64,000 nucleotides of DNA from Akkermansia muciniphila (GCA_945900455.1 CAMDJH010000002.1:688-64687), one strand, 5' to 3'; shown: positions 38,286 through 48,289, counted from the first letter of the stretch. Notes: generated by a model not told the origin, from the sequence alone. Program-made: numbers and translations.

Positions 38286-38554
38286 ACGCCTCTACGGATA
38301 CGCTTCCGGCAAAAATGTACAACCCGGACTTTGCTCCGCTGTAGAGAAAATGAGCGGGAGTGCAAACTTCGACTCGATCTCCCCGGCTCCGAAGGAGCCC
38401 TGGAGTTTGGCCATTTACCAGCGGTACTCGTCATGAAGGGTCGATCGAAATCCCAGCGGCATCAAGTGGATAAGCCCGATATTCTTGGAGAAGCCGAGTT
38501 ATATGTCCATCTCTCTGATCGTTGTCTCCGCTAAGCCGCGGAGCGGCGCCAGAC

Positions 38555-38723
38555 CTTAGCCCATGGCGTGAGCCGTGGGACTGTGTTCGCACAAGGCGTA
38601 AGCCCCGTCAGGGGCGACACAGCCGGAGGACAAATCCGCCATAATGTGGCGATATCCACTGTCGCCCTTCCAGGGCTCGCGCACCGCGCACCCAATATCC
38701 CATGGCTCACGCCATGGGCTAAG
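38555..38723. repeat. 169-bp imperfect palindromic element with 26-nt terminal inverted repeats
   Basis: cttagcccatggcgtgagccgtggga at 38555-38580 pairs with tcccatggctcacgccatgggctaag at 38698-38723 (25 of 26). Further internal complementarity (ggggcgacac / gtcgccc). Confidence 0.65.
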
Positions 38724-38830
38724 TTCTTACGGCACTCCGCGCCTTGCCCCGGGTGCAGGTCGATCCTGCGACTTTATCTGGCGACGCCCTGATCCACAGA
38801 ATATAGTTCAACCATGTTGGCCACTCAAAA

Positions 38831-39589
38831 ATGAACACTTTCTCGATGGTTGAGCACGCGGCACTGGTTACGGGATCGTCCCAAGGGATCGGCTTTGCCC
38901 TCGCGTCTGGGCTGCGGGAGGCCGGGGCCAAGCTCGTCTTCCATGGACTGCCCGAGCGACCGGATACCATCCCGCGGGATTCAGATTACATTGTGGCGGA
39001 CCTGATGTTACCCGAGTCCCCGTCGCGGATGATGGCGGAAGCATTTCGCTTGCAGCCGGGTCTCGACACGCTGGTTTGCAATGCGGGCAGTTTTTTCGAC
39101 ATCCCGTTCCTGGAAATGACGCGCGCGCTTTGGGAGAAAACCGTCCAACTCAACGTGACCGCGATTTATTTCACCGTACAGGAATTCGCGAAGCGGCTCA
39201 TGACAGCCGGACGCGGCGGCTCGATCGTCATCACCACCTCGACCAACGGCTTTCAGGCCGAAACGGATTCGACGGCGTACGACACGTCGAAGGGTGCGCT
39301 GGTCATGCTCATCCGTTCACTGGCCATCTCGCTGGCGGATCACGGCATCCGGGTGAATGGTATCGCGCCAGGCTTGATCCGCACGCCGCTGAATGCGAAG
39401 TGGCTGGAGTCACGCTCAACGAATCTCGTCGAGCATTACAACAAAAAGATCCTGCTCCGCCGCATCGGGACGCCCGCCGACTGCACGGGTGCCGTGGTGT
39501 TCCTCTGCTCGTCCGCGGCGAGCTACATCACGGGCGAGATTATCGTGATCGATGGTGGGCTCACGGTGGGACAGATTGGCGCGATGTGA
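38831..39589 (+). CDS. SDR family oxidoreductase
   Basis: TGSSQGIG cofactor motif, NAG, catalytic S...YxxxK (YDTSKGAL), and PG..RT. Confidence 0.85.
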   Translation: MNTFSMVEHAALVTGSSQGIGFALASGLREAGAKLVFHGLPERPDTIPRDSDYIVADLMLPESPSRMMAEAFRLQPGLDTLVCNAGSFFDIPFLEMTRALWEKTVQLNVTAIYFTVQEFAKRLMTAGRGGSIVITTSTNGFQAETDSTAYDTSKGALVMLIRSLAISLADHGIRVNGIAPGLIRTPLNAKWLESRSTNLVEHYNKKILLRRIGTPADCTGAVVFLCSSAASYITGEIIVIDGGLTVGQIGAM

Positions 39590-39622
39590 CCGCGTGCATC
39601 GAAATTCTATTCCCGTTCACTC

Positions 39623-41002
39623 TTATCGGGGCACGAACGGCCAGCGGCGCGCTGCTTTTGCCATCAAGAGAAACGCCACCACGCCGAGCACGAGCACGCA
39701 CGCACCGTACGCGAGTTGCTTCTGGTCGGTCGTCACCAACAGAAACATCCAGCCGCCGAATGCAACGAATGCGGGCACGGGGTAGAGCCACATTTTGAAG
39801 GGTCTCGCGAGATCGGGCCGCGTCTTGCGCAGCAGCATCAGCGCGGCGATTTGTCCGCAGAATTGCACCACGATCCGTGTCGTGAAGAGCGCGTCGATGA
39901 CCGTCATGAGCGGCAGAAACGTGAAAACCACGGCGAGCAATCCGACCACGAGGAGCGCCACATGGGGAAACGCGCCGGTGGGATGGAGTCGCGCAAATAC
40001 TTTAATGAAATTGCCGTCGCGCGCCGCTGCAAACGGGATGCGCGAATAGCCAAGCAGCAGCGCCACACAGCACGCGAAGGCGGTCCAGAGCACGAACACA
40101 GTGAAGACTTTCGCCACGTCCGCGCCCCACACTTTTTCCATCATCATCGAGACGACGGGGGCCGGCGGATCACTCGCGGGAACGAAGGATCGCCACGGCA
40201 CCACGCCGATGATTGAGAAGTTGATGCCGACATACAGCACAGCGACGGCGGCCAAGCTGATGAGCATGGAGCGCGGGATGACGCGGCCCGGATCGCGCAC
40301 TTCATCACCGAGGTGGCAGACGTTGTAGTAACCGAGGTAGTCGTACATTCCGATCCGCGAGGCCATTCCCAATCCCAGCCAGAACGCCGGGCCGATCTTC
40401 CAGGCACCTTCCGGGAAATCGAATGCCAGCGTTGCGTCGAAATGGGTCGCTCCCGTAAAGAGCACCGCGGCGACCGTCACCAGAGTGCCGATCCACAGCC
40501 CAACCATGATGCGGGCGATATTGCCGATAGGACGGTAGAGCAATACGATGCAGGCCAAGCCAGAGCCCGCTCCTGCGAGCAGCACGCCGCGGTCCGTCGC
40601 GCCGGGCCAGAGGTATTTCAAATACTGCGCGAAACCAATAAATCCGGAAGCGATTTCCAGCGGCCCGGAAAGCAGAAATTGCCAGATGAAAAGAAAAGAT
40701 ATCAGCCGTCCCCAGCGTTCACGTCCGAATCCATCCCGCAAAAACTGGTAGCTGCCGCCCGACCTCGGCATGGCGGCACCGAGTTCGCTCCACACGAGTC
40801 CATCCGCCAGCGCGACGACGAGCGCAACGCCCCAACCCAGCATCGCCTGCGGCCCGCCGAGCGCGGTCATCAGGATCGGGATCGTGATGAATGGCCCGAT
40901 ACCCACCATATTCGACATGTTCAGCGCGGTCGCTTGAACAATGCCAATGCCCCGCTGAAGGCGGGGCTCGGCGACGGGCGGGGCGGCGGCGGGGAGGTTC
41001 AT
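39623..41002 (-). CDS. APC superfamily amino acid/polyamine permease
   Basis: 12-TM profile with N-terminal ATALNMSNMVGIGPFITIP motif. Start moved to ATG 41002, because the longer track ORF runs into the upstream gene. Confidence 0.82.
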   Translation of the reverse strand: MNLPAAAPPVAEPRLQRGIGIVQATALNMSNMVGIGPFITIPILMTALGGPQAMLGWGVALVVALADGLVWSELGAAMPRSGGSYQFLRDGFGRERWGRLISFLFIWQFLLSGPLEIASGFIGFAQYLKYLWPGATDRGVLLAGAGSGLACIVLLYRPIGNIARIMVGLWIGTLVTVAAVLFTGATHFDATLAFDFPEGAWKIGPAFWLGLGMASRIGMYDYLGYYNVCHLGDEVRDPGRVIPRSMLISLAAVAVLYVGINFSIIGVVPWRSFVPASDPPAPVVSMMMEKVWGADVAKVFTVFVLWTAFACCVALLLGYSRIPFAAARDGNFIKVFARLHPTGAFPHVALLVVGLLAVVFTFLPLMTVIDALFTTRIVVQFCGQIAALMLLRKTRPDLARPFKMWLYPVPAFVAFGGWMFLLVTTDQKQLAYGACVLVLGVVAFLLMAKAARRWPFVPR

Positions 41003-41016
41003 CGCGAACTCCGGAC

Positions 41017-42396
41017 TCAGGCCACCGCCGGCGGGGCAAATCCTTTCCTGTAATTGCGGGACAGGATTTCCTGGTTCGCCTTTTCGTGGTTGCTGAAGCG
41101 GAAGTTCGCGGCATCCCAGCGGAGTTCCTCGCCCGGAAAACGGGTCGCCTTGACCGCCAACAACGCCGGTTCCGTGATGCGCCAACCAATGTCGAACGGC
41201 GTCCAAAGAGGCTTTTTGTCGCCGAGACAGTTGTCCGCCCAATCCTTCCAATGGTTGCGCGGTGCCACTTTTGGTTGGGGTTCATCTTCCATTTCCTTGC
41301 CTTTGCGGAACACCGTGATCGCGCCATCGGCCTGGAGCAGCAGCGTGCCTTCCTCGCACACGACCATCGTATGATTGGCCCCCACCTTCACAGGTGGCAG
41401 TCCCAGCGCGGCAAAGGACGGCAATAAGGCGTCGTCGTTGTAGTGCACGATGAACTTATCGCGGGCAAACTTCCCGCCGCCCGGATAGGTAATGGTGCTC
41501 TGGTTATGCGCCGCATGTCCGGTGTTCGATGGCCTTGGCGAGTGGGTGAGAACCGCTTCCGGCGAGGGCAGGTCGTAGGCGAAGTAGAGCAGATCCAGCA
41601 AGTGGCACCCCCAATCGGCCAACTGGCCGCCGCCCGTCTCCCAGAAAGTCCGCCAACGTCGCGGTGCCAGGTCTGCGCTATAAGGAATCTCCGATTCGAG
41701 CGGCCCGCGCCATAAGTCCCAATTCAAATATTCCGGCACAGACTGCGCCGCCGGGTAGGCGCTCCAGGCATCGGCGAAGTAGTGGCCGCGCGATATGCCG
41801 CCCGTCCAGACATAGGCCTCGATTGGTCGGCCCAGTTGGTTGCTACGCAGCATCTCGACCGACACCATCCGCCCCCGGTTGCACGCCCGCTGATTACCCA
41901 TCTGAGTCACCAAGCCGGGACGCGCCCTCAGTCCGTCACGGATCATCCGGAGTTCGGAAAGTTGGTGCACGAGCGGCTTCTGGCCATAGATGTGTTTGTT
42001 ATGCTTCAACGCCGTCAGGATCGCCGGGGCGTGGTGGAAGTCCGGTATGTCCACAATCACGGCGTCGAAATCGCCGGCCCGGTTGGCAAAGGCTTCCCGA
42101 TAATCGCTGCAGGTCCAGGCGTTGGGATGGTCCTTTTTGATCTGGTCAATCTCCCGGCGGTCCACATCGCAGAAGCCGGCCCATTCTACCATGGGATGAC
42201 CTTTTAATCCGCTGCGCTGGAGGCTGCCAATGCCGCCCACGCCGATCTGGAAGATGCGCAGCTTGCTGTTCTTGTTGACCTGCGCGCGCGCAGACAGTGG
42301 GAGGGATGCAAGACCGGCGGAAACGATCGCGCCGGTTCGAAGAAAACTCCGCCGAGTGATCGGCGAAAATGAAGGAACGGGTTGTTTTGTGTTCAT
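41017..42396 (-). CDS. Gfo/Idh/MocA family oxidoreductase with Tat signal
   Basis: TRRSFL twin-arginine signal. Rossmann segment RIFQIGVGGIGS, DAVIVDIPDFHHA and the typical C-terminal alpha/beta domain. Confidence 0.82.
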   Translation of the reverse strand: MNTKQPVPSFSPITRRSFLRTGAIVSAGLASLPLSARAQVNKNSKLRIFQIGVGGIGSLQRSGLKGHPMVEWAGFCDVDRREIDQIKKDHPNAWTCSDYREAFANRAGDFDAVIVDIPDFHHAPAILTALKHNKHIYGQKPLVHQLSELRMIRDGLRARPGLVTQMGNQRACNRGRMVSVEMLRSNQLGRPIEAYVWTGGISRGHYFADAWSAYPAAQSVPEYLNWDLWRGPLESEIPYSADLAPRRWRTFWETGGGQLADWGCHLLDLLYFAYDLPSPEAVLTHSPRPSNTGHAAHNQSTITYPGGGKFARDKFIVHYNDDALLPSFAALGLPPVKVGANHTMVVCEEGTLLLQADGAITVFRKGKEMEDEPQPKVAPRNHWKDWADNCLGDKKPLWTPFDIGWRITEPALLAVKATRFPGEELRWDAANFRFSNHEKANQEILSRNYRKGFAPPAVA

Positions 42397-42431
42397 AATG
42401 GCTCGCCGCAATCATGCATCGATGTCCGGAC

Positions 42432-42476
42432 GGTTCAAGCAACCGATGAGTTTTCGTCCGATCGGTTGCTTGAACC
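42432..42476 (-). promoter_or_regulatory. Perfect 16-bp stem / 13-nt loop hairpin between cistrons
   Basis: ggttcaagcaaccgat (42432-42447) pairs with atcggttgcttgaacc (42461-42476). No U-tract on either strand. Confidence 0.6.
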
Positions 42477-42572
42477 TATCCGTGACAATCTTCTTGAATC
42501 CGACCCCCAATATCTACGCCCGGCAGTCCATCGGAAGATGCTGAAAACAAACCCTGGCTCGGCCAAATTCCC

Positions 42573-43835
42573 TTAACCGCCGAACCGGGATCCCCGCGGT
42601 GCCCGATACCGAATGTTGAGCTCCGGCGTCTCGATCCGTCGGTGACCTTCGACTTTCGAGTCGAGGCAACGATCCAGCATTGCGCTGGTGATCTGTGTCC
42701 GTTCGACCGGATAAGGCGCGCGTCCAGTGAGGATCATTTCCTCGATCTGCGCCACCAAGCAGGCGGAATACGTGACATTAGGGGTCGGTGGTAGGAAAAA
42801 TTGTGTCGAGACGACCGCCCCGTTGGCGAGTTGAGCGGCGAAACAGAAATCGCCCAGCGCCCCGTTCAGCATGAGTAACGTGGTGCGCAGGCCGTCATTT
42901 CGTTCGATCCGGTAGGCAGAAGGATTTTTGACAAGCTTCGGAAGTTGGCCGTTGTTGGCGAGATCTTGCGGGCGCGAATCGAGATCGGAATCCCCTTGGA
43001 GTGAGTCCGAACGGGAAAGGGCCGCCTCCAGGAGGCGTTTGGACCAACCCCCGTTCTCACCCGCTCGCCAAACGGCGTCACCCTCGATGAGTTGCACGGA
43101 CTTGATGCCGGTTTCACCGCCCCGCCGCCGCTCAACCATGCACTGCATCGCCTCCAGCGCGTGGAAATCCATCGGGTCGGAACCGCCGACTCCCACCATC
43201 AGCGCCTCTTTTAACTTTGCGCCGTAAGGAATTTCTACGGGCGGCAAGCGCCACGTGACCGGCAACGACGATCCCGCGAGGAACGGAAACTTGAGCCGCT
43301 TCGAATCGGCCACCATTTTCCGCGCCTTTTCCCCGCTGTAGGACAAATGCTTGTCGTTGAATACCGGCACGGAGCGCCCGTCCTGTTCAAACACGCTCAC
43401 GCATTCTTCGAAGAACTCGTAACGCGGATACAGGATCTGTCCCTTGTGATTGTGCGGATAGTTGCCGTGTTCACCGATAATCACCACGGCATCGACCGCC
43501 AGCGTGTTGCCCCCACAACGCAAAGCCTCAGCGATGGTGGGATATACGGTGAATCCGTGTTCCGCGGCGCGCTGGCGGCTAAGGTCACCGTCGGGCCTTT
43601 GATCCACATAAAGCGAAACAACCTGGAGCGGTGGTTGATGCCATCGACCGTGCCGCGGGTACCCAACCAGGAACCGATCACCCATGTGCTGCGCGTGGGA
43701 CTGATAGGTCCAGACGGTGGTAACGATGGCGACTCGCCGGGGAGGACTCGCCGCCCGCGCCATGACGGGGAGGACGGTTTCGGCCAACGTTGCGGTTCCG
43801 AGAGCGCCGAGGAAAGCACGTCGCGTAATCATCAA
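42573..43835 (-). CDS. Tat-signal protein of unknown function (paralog B)
   Basis: MMITRRAFLGALG twin-arginine signal. Shares long blocks with the upstream gene (VVSLYV.Q...DLSR.RA..H, IYPTIAEAL, GEHG.YP.N.KGQ.LYPRYE.F, PVFNDKHLS, AGSSLPVTWR). Confidence 0.6.
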   Translation of the reverse strand: MMITRRAFLGALGTATLAETVLPVMARAASPPRRVAIVTTVWTYQSHAQHMGDRFLVGYPRHGRWHQPPLQVVSLYVDQRPDGDLSRQRAAEHGFTVYPTIAEALRCGGNTLAVDAVVIIGEHGNYPHNHKGQILYPRYEFFEECVSVFEQDGRSVPVFNDKHLSYSGEKARKMVADSKRLKFPFLAGSSLPVTWRLPPVEIPYGAKLKEALMVGVGGSDPMDFHALEAMQCMVERRRGGETGIKSVQLIEGDAVWRAGENGGWSKRLLEAALSRSDSLQGDSDLDSRPQDLANNGQLPKLVKNPSAYRIERNDGLRTTLLMLNGALGDFCFAAQLANGAVVSTQFFLPPTPNVTYSACLVAQIEEMILTGRAPYPVERTQITSAMLDRCLDSKVEGHRRIETPELNIRYRAPRGSRFGG

Positions 43836-45106
43836 GTCCTCCAGAATGTCGATTGCCGAGTGGGTTGGTAGCGAATCGCCAGGTGGGGCGTTTCGAGTCG
43901 GCGTTGGTTTTGAAACAGCGACTCGATTCCCGCCGCCGTCATTCCGGTCGTCAGCAGCGTTCGTTCGATCGGGTAGGGCGATTTCCCGGTGAGAAAGAGG
44001 GACTCGATGTGGTGAACCTGCGGGCTGAAGAAATTCCGCATCGTGTAGTACGGCAGATAAAATAGGACGGAAAAGATGTCGCCGCCCTTGATCCGCGCGG
44101 CGACGTTGCAGTCCCCCACAACATTGCCTTTGAACTGCACGATCGACGCCTTCAATCCATCGGCATACTCGAATCGATAGGCGTAGGAATCGGGAGCCAG
44201 GCGACGCAAATCCTCCGTTCTCGGGAAGACGTTGCTGTAGGTAGCCCGCGGCGAGTTGAGTTGATTGCTCCGCGAAAGCGCGGCTTCCAGCAACCGGGGA
44301 TCCCAGCCGCCTGCCTTCCAGGAACCCGCCTCCATCGCTTTCCAGAACCGCTCGCCGCGAAACGCCTCAACCGCGCGCACGCCCGTCTCACCACCCCGCC
44401 GGCGCTCGACGATCGACTGCATCGCTTCGATCACATGTATGTCTCCTCCGTCAATCCCACCGCCCCAAACGCCCAGGACCTCGTCAACGGACGCGCCGAA
44501 GGGTAAATCAACGGAGGGTTGCCGCCAGGTGACCGGCAGGGACGAGCCTGCCATAAACCCGAAGCGAAGTTCCCTGGCAGTCTCCACCATCCGCTTCGCA
44601 TAATCCCAGTTCCACGAAAGGTGCTTGTCATTGAACACTGGTGCCGTTCGGCCAGTTCGACGATATACCTCCATGATTTGCTGGAAATACTCGTAGCGTG
44701 GATACAGCGTCTGGCCTTTCTCATTGACGGGGTATTTGCCGTGCTCACCGATGAGCAGGACACCATCGACTGCCAAATCGCTCCCACCTTGGGTGAGCGC
44801 TTCGGCAATCGTCGGGTATATCTTTAATTGTGGATGCCGCTGCGCTCGTTCCCGGCTCAAATCATTGTCTCCGACTTGTTCCACGTAGAGCGAAACAACG
44901 TCCATCGCCGGCCGGTGATGTCGTCCTTCCCATCCGTAGCCATCCAGGAATCGATCCACGATGTGTTGGGAATGCGAATACTTGTGATAAATCGTCGTCA
45001 ATGCGGCGATCCGGGGACGACGCCGCTCCGCGGCCCACGCGCTCGGGCCGAGCGCGAGCGTCGCGGTCGTGCCCGCAAGAAAAGACCGGCGGCTGCAATA
45101 CATCAT
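43832..45106 (-). CDS. Tat-signal protein of unknown function (paralog A)
   Basis: Start taken at MMYCSRRSFLAG (ATG 45106). Same conserved blocks as 42573-43835. The stop overlaps the paralog B start. Confidence 0.6.
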   Translation of the reverse strand: MMYCSRRSFLAGTTATLALGPSAWAAERRRPRIAALTTIYHKYSHSQHIVDRFLDGYGWEGRHHRPAMDVVSLYVEQVGDNDLSRERAQRHPQLKIYPTIAEALTQGGSDLAVDGVLLIGEHGKYPVNEKGQTLYPRYEYFQQIMEVYRRTGRTAPVFNDKHLSWNWDYAKRMVETARELRFGFMAGSSLPVTWRQPSVDLPFGASVDEVLGVWGGGIDGGDIHVIEAMQSIVERRRGGETGVRAVEAFRGERFWKAMEAGSWKAGGWDPRLLEAALSRSNQLNSPRATYSNVFPRTEDLRRLAPDSYAYRFEYADGLKASIVQFKGNVVGDCNVAARIKGGDIFSVLFYLPYYTMRNFFSPQVHHIESLFLTGKSPYPIERTLLTTGMTAAGIESLFQNQRRLETPHLAIRYQPTRQSTFWRT

Positions 45107-45190
45107 GCGGTTCCTTTGATCTGTGACGACTCCAACTCTCAACTGAAGACGCCGGGAACTCAAGCGCGGATACCGTCCGTGCGGGTCCAA

Positions 45191-45997
45191 TTACCCATTC
45201 AACTCACACGCCACGCCGCGAACATCCATTTCGAACTCGATCTCCAACACCGGAGGACGGGAAATGTGCCAGCAAAGTCCGTGGCGCGCCGCAGGTCCGA
45301 TCGTGTCGAGCAGCTGTCGGCGCAAGGACTCTTCCAGAGAGTGCACCGTGTAGAGGTCGACTGCAGTCGCTCGATCCCAACTCACCCCAAGGCCGTTCAA
45401 ACGATCCGTCATCACCCCGAGAACGTAGGCCGACTTTTCCAACATGGCGCCCGGCGACACATCGCCGCGTCGAACCACCCCCTGCGACTCCAGGATTCCT
45501 TCCCGCAATTCTCCTGCGCCCGCCACGATGAATGTCGGGCGCTTCCGATCGGCATTCGGGCGGACGAATGAAAACGCATGCAGCGAAACCGAGGTGGGCG
45601 GGTTCGTCAGGGGTGCGACATTGGTGCGTGCGATTGGATTCACCCCATTCACGAGCAGTTTCCATTGCTGCAACACGTCCCGATATCCGCGATTAAACTC
45701 AATGAACCCATCCATGTCGAACGGTTGAGGCGAACGCAGTTCCATCGCGCAGAGAGCCCCGCGCCCCAAGACCGCGCGACGCAGCGTGTCGTCAACGTAC
45801 GCGAAACCTTCTCGCCACGGTATCAGGGCAGGAAGCGTCACGCGCACGATTTCCCATCCCGGATCGGCCACCACGCCACACGAGTAGGGTTCGATACCCG
45901 CAAGGAATCGGTAATGACCGGAGAGATTGTTTGCCAGCATGTGGAAAAATTCAGTTCGGGTGGATATTTCGCCAAAAATCGACCGACGAAAAGCCAC
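45191..45997 (-). CDS. Hypothetical protein, possibly a two-domain YjgF/RidA-like fold
   Basis: 268-aa ORF and first gene of the minus-strand cluster. It abuts the next ORF. The fold suggestion is weak. Confidence 0.4.
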   Translation of the reverse strand: MAFRRSIFGEISTRTEFFHMLANNLSGHYRFLAGIEPYSCGVVADPGWEIVRVTLPALIPWREGFAYVDDTLRRAVLGRGALCAMELRSPQPFDMDGFIEFNRGYRDVLQQWKLLVNGVNPIARTNVAPLTNPPTSVSLHAFSFVRPNADRKRPTFIVAGAGELREGILESQGVVRRGDVSPGAMLEKSAYVLGVMTDRLNGLGVSWDRATAVDLYTVHSLEESLRRQLLDTIGPAARHGLCWHISRPPVLEIEFEMDVRGVACELNG

Positions 45998-46614
45998 AAA
46001 ATCCAGAAATCCATAAAGACTCCTGCGACTTGACCCCGTTGCCTCGACAACGCTTCGAGAGCTGTTGTCACGGACTCGTTTTCGCCTGGGGTGGCCAGGC
46101 GCTTTCCGCCACTGTGCTCAACACCGGCAGCGGTGGGGCCGTCCGGATGATTGCGCCCGTCATCACGGGCACTGGGTCGATTGATGTGCGCGGCAATGGA
46201 GGCAGTAACAACAACGGTGACGGACGGACGCGCATCGATGCGATCGATCGCATCGGCATTGGATTTAGCTTTTTCCCCAACACCACCGCCTCGGTGGGGG
46301 GCTTGATGGCGGTATTCCCGGATCCATTGCCACGCCTGGACATCGTCGAAGCCGGCGGCAAAGTGATCCCGGTCGACTCGGGGCCGGCTCAAGTCCTTTT
46401 ACCGTCGGGAAGTTCGCCCAACCAAACGGTCAAAGTGCGTGCCAAAGATTTCGGCCAGCGGGTGCCCATCCGCCTCGTGCTCACGCCGGACAGCGGCCCA
46501 GCCCAGAACTACGACGTGCAGATCGACAACTCGGTCACCAATCCAGCCGAAACGGCGATCAACGTGACTTTCCCCGTAAACGTGTTGACCCACGTGCGGG
46601 TCTGGACACGGTAA
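45931..46614 (+). pseudogene. Probable 5'-truncated remnant of a secreted repeat protein
   Basis: The ORF has no signal peptide or plausible N-terminus, and its 5' part overlaps the divergent gene. The first in-frame ATG is at 46147. The Gly/Asn-rich beta-strand-like sequence looks like a C-terminal domain. The last 103 nt are duplicated at 51231-51333. Confidence 0.35.
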
Positions 46615-46624
46615 CCGGTTGATT
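46512..46624 (+). repeat. Direct repeat, copy A (103-bp core 46522-46624)
   Basis: 100 of 103 identical to 51231-51333. An 8-nt match, cgacgtgc, lies just upstream and is separated from the core by a 2-nt versus 4-nt indel. Confidence 0.85.
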
Positions 46625-46627
46625 TGA

Positions 46628-46762
46628 TAGAGCTTGTCGCGCTGCGACAACCCCGCCCGCGTTCAGCGGCGGGACAGGGCCGCAGCGCGCTTCGTGCCGC
46701 GCCTGAACGGCGCGGGGACCGCAGCGCGGCGTCCGCTGCCTTCTCCAACAACTTCGGGATGC
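46628..46762 (+). repeat. Multi-hairpin GC-rich intergenic repeat, copy 2
   Basis: See 35251-35388. Same orientation, and it again ends about 10-25 nt from the stop codon of a minus-strand gene. Confidence 0.75.
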
Positions 46763-46772
46763 ACGCGTTGGC

Positions 46773-48110
46773 TCAGGCCTCCGCTGTTTTCTCGAGCGGT
46801 GTCACGGGATCGATGAAGAGCCAGAAGATGGCGCCGAGGAAATAAATGACTGACGAGATGGCGAAGGCGAGCTGCCAGTCCTTGTTGGTCCACGACAAGA
46901 CGAGGCCCACGACGAGCGGACCCGCCATGCCGCCGAAGTTGCCCATCATGTTCATCGAGCCCGAGACGGTGCCCGCGTATTTGCCTCCGACATCCATACA
47001 CGTGCTCCAACTGCCGGGCATCGTCAGGTCATTGCAGAAGCTCGCCATCCCCATCGCCAGCATCGCCAGCAGCGGATCGGCAATATAAAACGAAAGCATC
47101 AACAATCCGGCCGCACCGGTGAAACCGAGGCAACCGAAGAGACGGCGGACCTTCACCACCTTGGCGCCCCTGGCCAGGAAGTGCGTTGACATTATTCCGG
47201 CCGTCAACGAGCCAAACCCTCCGAACAGGAGTGGGATGCCCGCCAGCGCTGCCGAAAGCACCTTAAGGGTCATCTCCGGACTCAGCATGCCTTCGAGCAC
47301 ATCCGCCAGCCATTTCATCACGACGTTGGATTTGAATTCCAAGCCCCGCACATCCTTGAGGTAAGTGGGCAGCCAGGTGATGTAGAAATACCAGCCGTAG
47401 CTGAGGCAGAAGTATTGGGCCCACAGCATCCACATGGTGGGACTCGTAACCAGCTTGCGCCAGGGCACGTTGCCGTGGCCCTCAACGTTGCTTTCATTTT
47501 CTTTGAGCAGCTCCAGCTCCGCGGCGTTGACGCCTTTGTGGTCGCGCGGGTTGTCACGGAACCACCAGAGAAAGACGACGGTCCAGAGGACACCCAGCAG
47601 CGCGAACACGTGGAAGGCCCAGCGCCAGCTCATGAAGGCCATCACCGCCACAACCAGCAACGGGGTGAATGCGCCGCCCCAGCGCGCGCCCATCCACATG
47701 ATGGCTTGCGCGCGGGTGCGTTCGTTCTTGGGCAGCCACGTACTCAGGGCCTTGGTCAGGTTGGGAAAACAGCCGGCTTCACCCGCGCCAAACAGGAACC
47801 GGGTGATTAGGAGTGAAACGTAGCTGCCCACCCAGCCGGTGGCCGCCGTGAAAAACGACCACCACAACACCACGCGAGCGAGCACCTTGCGCGCACCGAT
47901 CTTGTCGCCGAGCCATCCGGTCGGAATCTCGAAAAGTGCGTAGGCCAGACCAAAGGCGGAAAAGACGGCCCCCTTCTGCGCGTCGGACAGCTTCAGCTCG
48001 CCCGCGATCTCGGGCATCGCCTGTGAGATGGCGACGCGGTCGATGTATTGGATCACGGCCAGGATAATGGCGAACGCAAGGACCCAATACCGAGTGCGGC
48101 TGGGTTTCAT
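46773..48110 (-). CDS. MFS transporter, anion:cation symporter (ACS) type
   Basis: 12 TM helices. N-terminal YIDRVAISQAMP...LSDAQKGAVFSAFGLAYALFEIPTGWLGDKIGARK is typical of hexuronate/galactonate-type MFS transporters. Start at ATG 48110, with an alternative at 48155. Confidence 0.8.
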   Translation of the reverse strand: MKPSRTRYWVLAFAIILAVIQYIDRVAISQAMPEIAGELKLSDAQKGAVFSAFGLAYALFEIPTGWLGDKIGARKVLARVVLWWSFFTAATGWVGSYVSLLITRFLFGAGEAGCFPNLTKALSTWLPKNERTRAQAIMWMGARWGGAFTPLLVVAVMAFMSWRWAFHVFALLGVLWTVVFLWWFRDNPRDHKGVNAAELELLKENESNVEGHGNVPWRKLVTSPTMWMLWAQYFCLSYGWYFYITWLPTYLKDVRGLEFKSNVVMKWLADVLEGMLSPEMTLKVLSAALAGIPLLFGGFGSLTAGIMSTHFLARGAKVVKVRRLFGCLGFTGAAGLLMLSFYIADPLLAMLAMGMASFCNDLTMPGSWSTCMDVGGKYAGTVSGSMNMMGNFGGMAGPLVVGLVLSWTNKDWQLAFAISSVIYFLGAIFWLFIDPVTPLEKTAEA

Positions 48111-48289
48111 TTGGGCAGCGGACGCGGGATCGCCGGAGCGGGTGACGGGTGTCATGGGAGCGCAAACACTACCTGATCAGACCAGCTGCCGGCAAGGAGC
48201 ACGATTTGGATTACTCGCGACTATAAATTGCTTGAACCGCGAAACGCAGATCAAACACATTGCCGGTAGTTCAACACCGTTTCACCAAC

